Positions 61,730-64,000 of a stretch of DNA of 64,000 bases are shown piece after piece. Position 1 is the first letter of the stretch. Each line of letters opens with the position of its first letter. The notes under the pieces were generated by a model. That model had not been told where the DNA came from and did no database searches. It was given only the letters and a program-made list of their open reading frames with translations. The stretch spans positions 115,694,001-115,758,000 of the forward strand of contig NC_086097.1 in the NCBI RefSeq assembly GCF_963921235.1, written 5' to 3'. The translations under genes were made by a program, and so were the position numbers. Origin of the DNA: Mobula hypostoma. Its lineage: Eukaryota.

Positions 61730-62680
61730 AAGCTTGAGTTAAACTGTTACACAAGTGCAATAAACTTCATTTGACTAAATGGTTGAAAACTGTGTTAAGG
61801 GAAGGAAGCAGAGCGTTATGGTAATTGGCTGTTGTTTGCATTGGAGAATGGCTGGCATTAATGTTCCACAGGGATTAATACCAGGACCCACTGAACTTTG
61901 TAATATGTTATTGAGTTAGATACGTATTTGTCTGTTAGATATTTTGCTAACCATATCAAACGTGGAGAGGTGGTAAACACTGAAGGAAGATAGCAACAGA
62001 CTGCTGGGAACATAAAAAAGTTGTCAAAGATGTAGCACATGAAATATATACAGGGAAGTGCAAGTGATGCATTTTGGCAGAAAAAAATAAATGATGTTGA
62101 TATTGTAATGCAGTATTCTAGAGAAGAGTGGGACCAGAACTGTATGTGTATAAATCTTTGAGAATGGCAATACAAGGGACCCTGTGCTTATTTATAAAGT
62201 TGTTAAAACAAAAGAGGGAAGTTTTACTAAATACTCAAATAAAATCATTAGTAAGTCTATGGTTGGGCTACTGCATTCAATTGTTATCATCTGATGTCAA
62301 GAAGTATTTGAATGTTCTGCAGAAGAGATTAATGATTTTAATCAAAGGTTAATCTGGGAAACTAGGTAGATAACTTGTTTAGGATAAAGGTTCGGGGCAG
62401 ATTTGTCAGAGTTGTACACAATCATGGTAAATTTAAGAAAGGTAAATTAAACTGACCATTTCATTTGTATTCAAGGAGACATAGACTTAAATAATGGACA
62501 AGTAATACAGGACAGATTTGAGGAACAAACAAAATCCAAAGTTGGACCGACCTGAAATCACTGCTGGTAAGAATTACAGAAGCAGAAATAGACAAACTCT
62601 TCAGTGGAAATAATTTACAGAGCGACAGGGAAACGTACAATATGAGAATGGAATGAACAGATTGCCCTATAGGGAGTTGA
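61730..62680 (+). mobile_element. Very old CR1 RT/3' remnant
   Basis: Degenerate aagcagagcgttatggtaattgg (KQRV..NG-like), gttccacaggga (VPQG) and LGYCIQL motifs. Confidence 0.55.
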
Positions 62681-62999
62681 CGCAGAGTCAATTTGTCATA
62701 GCAATTCTACAATTTGCTGACAGAGGACTCAGATGATGACTTAAATGAGACAGCCTAAGTGATACAAAATCAAATGTTTAGTAAATTGGGAAGCTGGTTG
62801 AAAATGACAAGGAGGAGGGTTATCTCTATATTAACAATTTGGCAAAGGGCTTGTGAAAACTCTGGCCTGTCCAATACAAGTGGTGACCTACTTCATTCAA
62901 CATAATACGATGGATGATATATGGCATCACAATGCTGCAGTGGAAGCTCAGACTACTGCCGCTATCCTGCACATTGCAATGAGTAAAGGGGCTTGCAGT

Positions 63000-64000
63000 A
63001 TAGAAACATAGAAACATAGAAAATAGGTGCAGGAGTAGGCCATTCGGCCCTTCGAGCCTGCACCGCCATTTATTATGATCATGGCTGATCATCCAACTCA
63101 GAACCCAGCCTTCCCTCCATACCCCCTGACCCCTGTAGCCACAAGGGCCATATCTAACTTCCTTTTAAACATAGCTAATGAACTGGCCTCAACAGTTTGC
63201 TGTGGCAGAGAATTCCACAGATTCACCACTCTCTGTGTGAAGAAGTTTTTCCTAATCTCGGTCCTAAAAGGCTTCCCCTCTATCCTCAAACTGTGACCCC
63301 TCGTTCTAGACCTCCCCAACATCGGGAACAATCTTCCCGCATCTAGCCTGTCCAATCCCTTTAGGATCTTATACGTTTCAATCAGATCCCCCCTCAATCT
63401 TCTAAATTCCAACGAGTACAAGCCCAGTTCATCCAGTCTTTCTTCATATGAAAGACCTGCCATCCCAGGAATCAATCTGGTGAACCTTCTTTGTACTCCC
63501 TCTATGGCAAAGATGTCTTTCCTCAGATTAGCGGACCAAAACTGCACACAATACTCCAGGTGTGGTCTCACCAAGGCCTTGTACAACTGCAGTAGTACCT
63601 CCCTGCTCCTGTACTCGAATCCTCTCGCTATAAATGCCAGCATACCGTTCGCCTTTTTCACCGCCTGCTGTACCTGCATGCCCACTTTCAATGACTGGTG
63701 TATAATGACACCCAGGTCTCGTTGCACCTCCCCTTTTCCTAATCGGCCACCGTTCAGATAATAATCTGTTTTCCTATTTTTGCCACCAAAGTGGATAACT
63801 TCACATTTATCCACATTAAATTGCATCTGCCATGAGTTTGCCCACTCACCCAACCTATCCAAGTCACCCTGCATCCTCTTAGCATCCTCCTCACTGCTAC
63901 CACTGCCACCCAGCTTTGTGTCATCCGCAAACTTGGAGATGCTGCATTTAATTCCCTCATCCAAGTCATTAATATATATTGTAAACAACTGGGGTCCCAG
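63000..64000 (-). mobile_element. Young CR1 ORF2 C-terminus, runs off the window
   Basis: Uninterrupted ORF 63098..63988 (KFADDTK...RPHLEYCVQFW...RTRGH); (AGAAACAT)n tail; same family as 23745-26751. Confidence 0.97.

Overview
Eukaryotic, repeat-dominated, essentially non-genic DNA (gene desert or large intron). The repeat repertoire suggests a cartilaginous fish (inference): CR1 LINEs with an SGNH-esterase ORF1, Rex1/Babar LINEs, RTE, V-SINE/HE1-like SINEs, Penelope-like elements (PLEs), Tc1-type non-autonomous transposons, and LTR/ERV remnants. No intact host gene is recognisable, and all interpretable ORFs are transposon-derived. The most striking system is a dense family of PLE insertions. 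Each copy carries a minimal type-I hammerhead ribozyme (agtc-CTGANGA-stem II-GAAACGTC^gact). At least five copies are inverted fold-back insertions with a ribozyme motif on each strand, including a 343-bp non-coding near-perfect palindrome with a 15-bp target-site duplication (57706-58048). Other points of interest: a four-level nested insertion with a 104-bp RTE target duplication, an ERV-L/Fv1-like gag remnant, a chimeric CR1-tailed insertion, a CR1 lacking its endonuclease, and several TALE/Hox-motif-rich unique islands that may be enhancers. Family assignments come from recognising motifs by eye, not from database searches. Boundaries of old copies are approximate.
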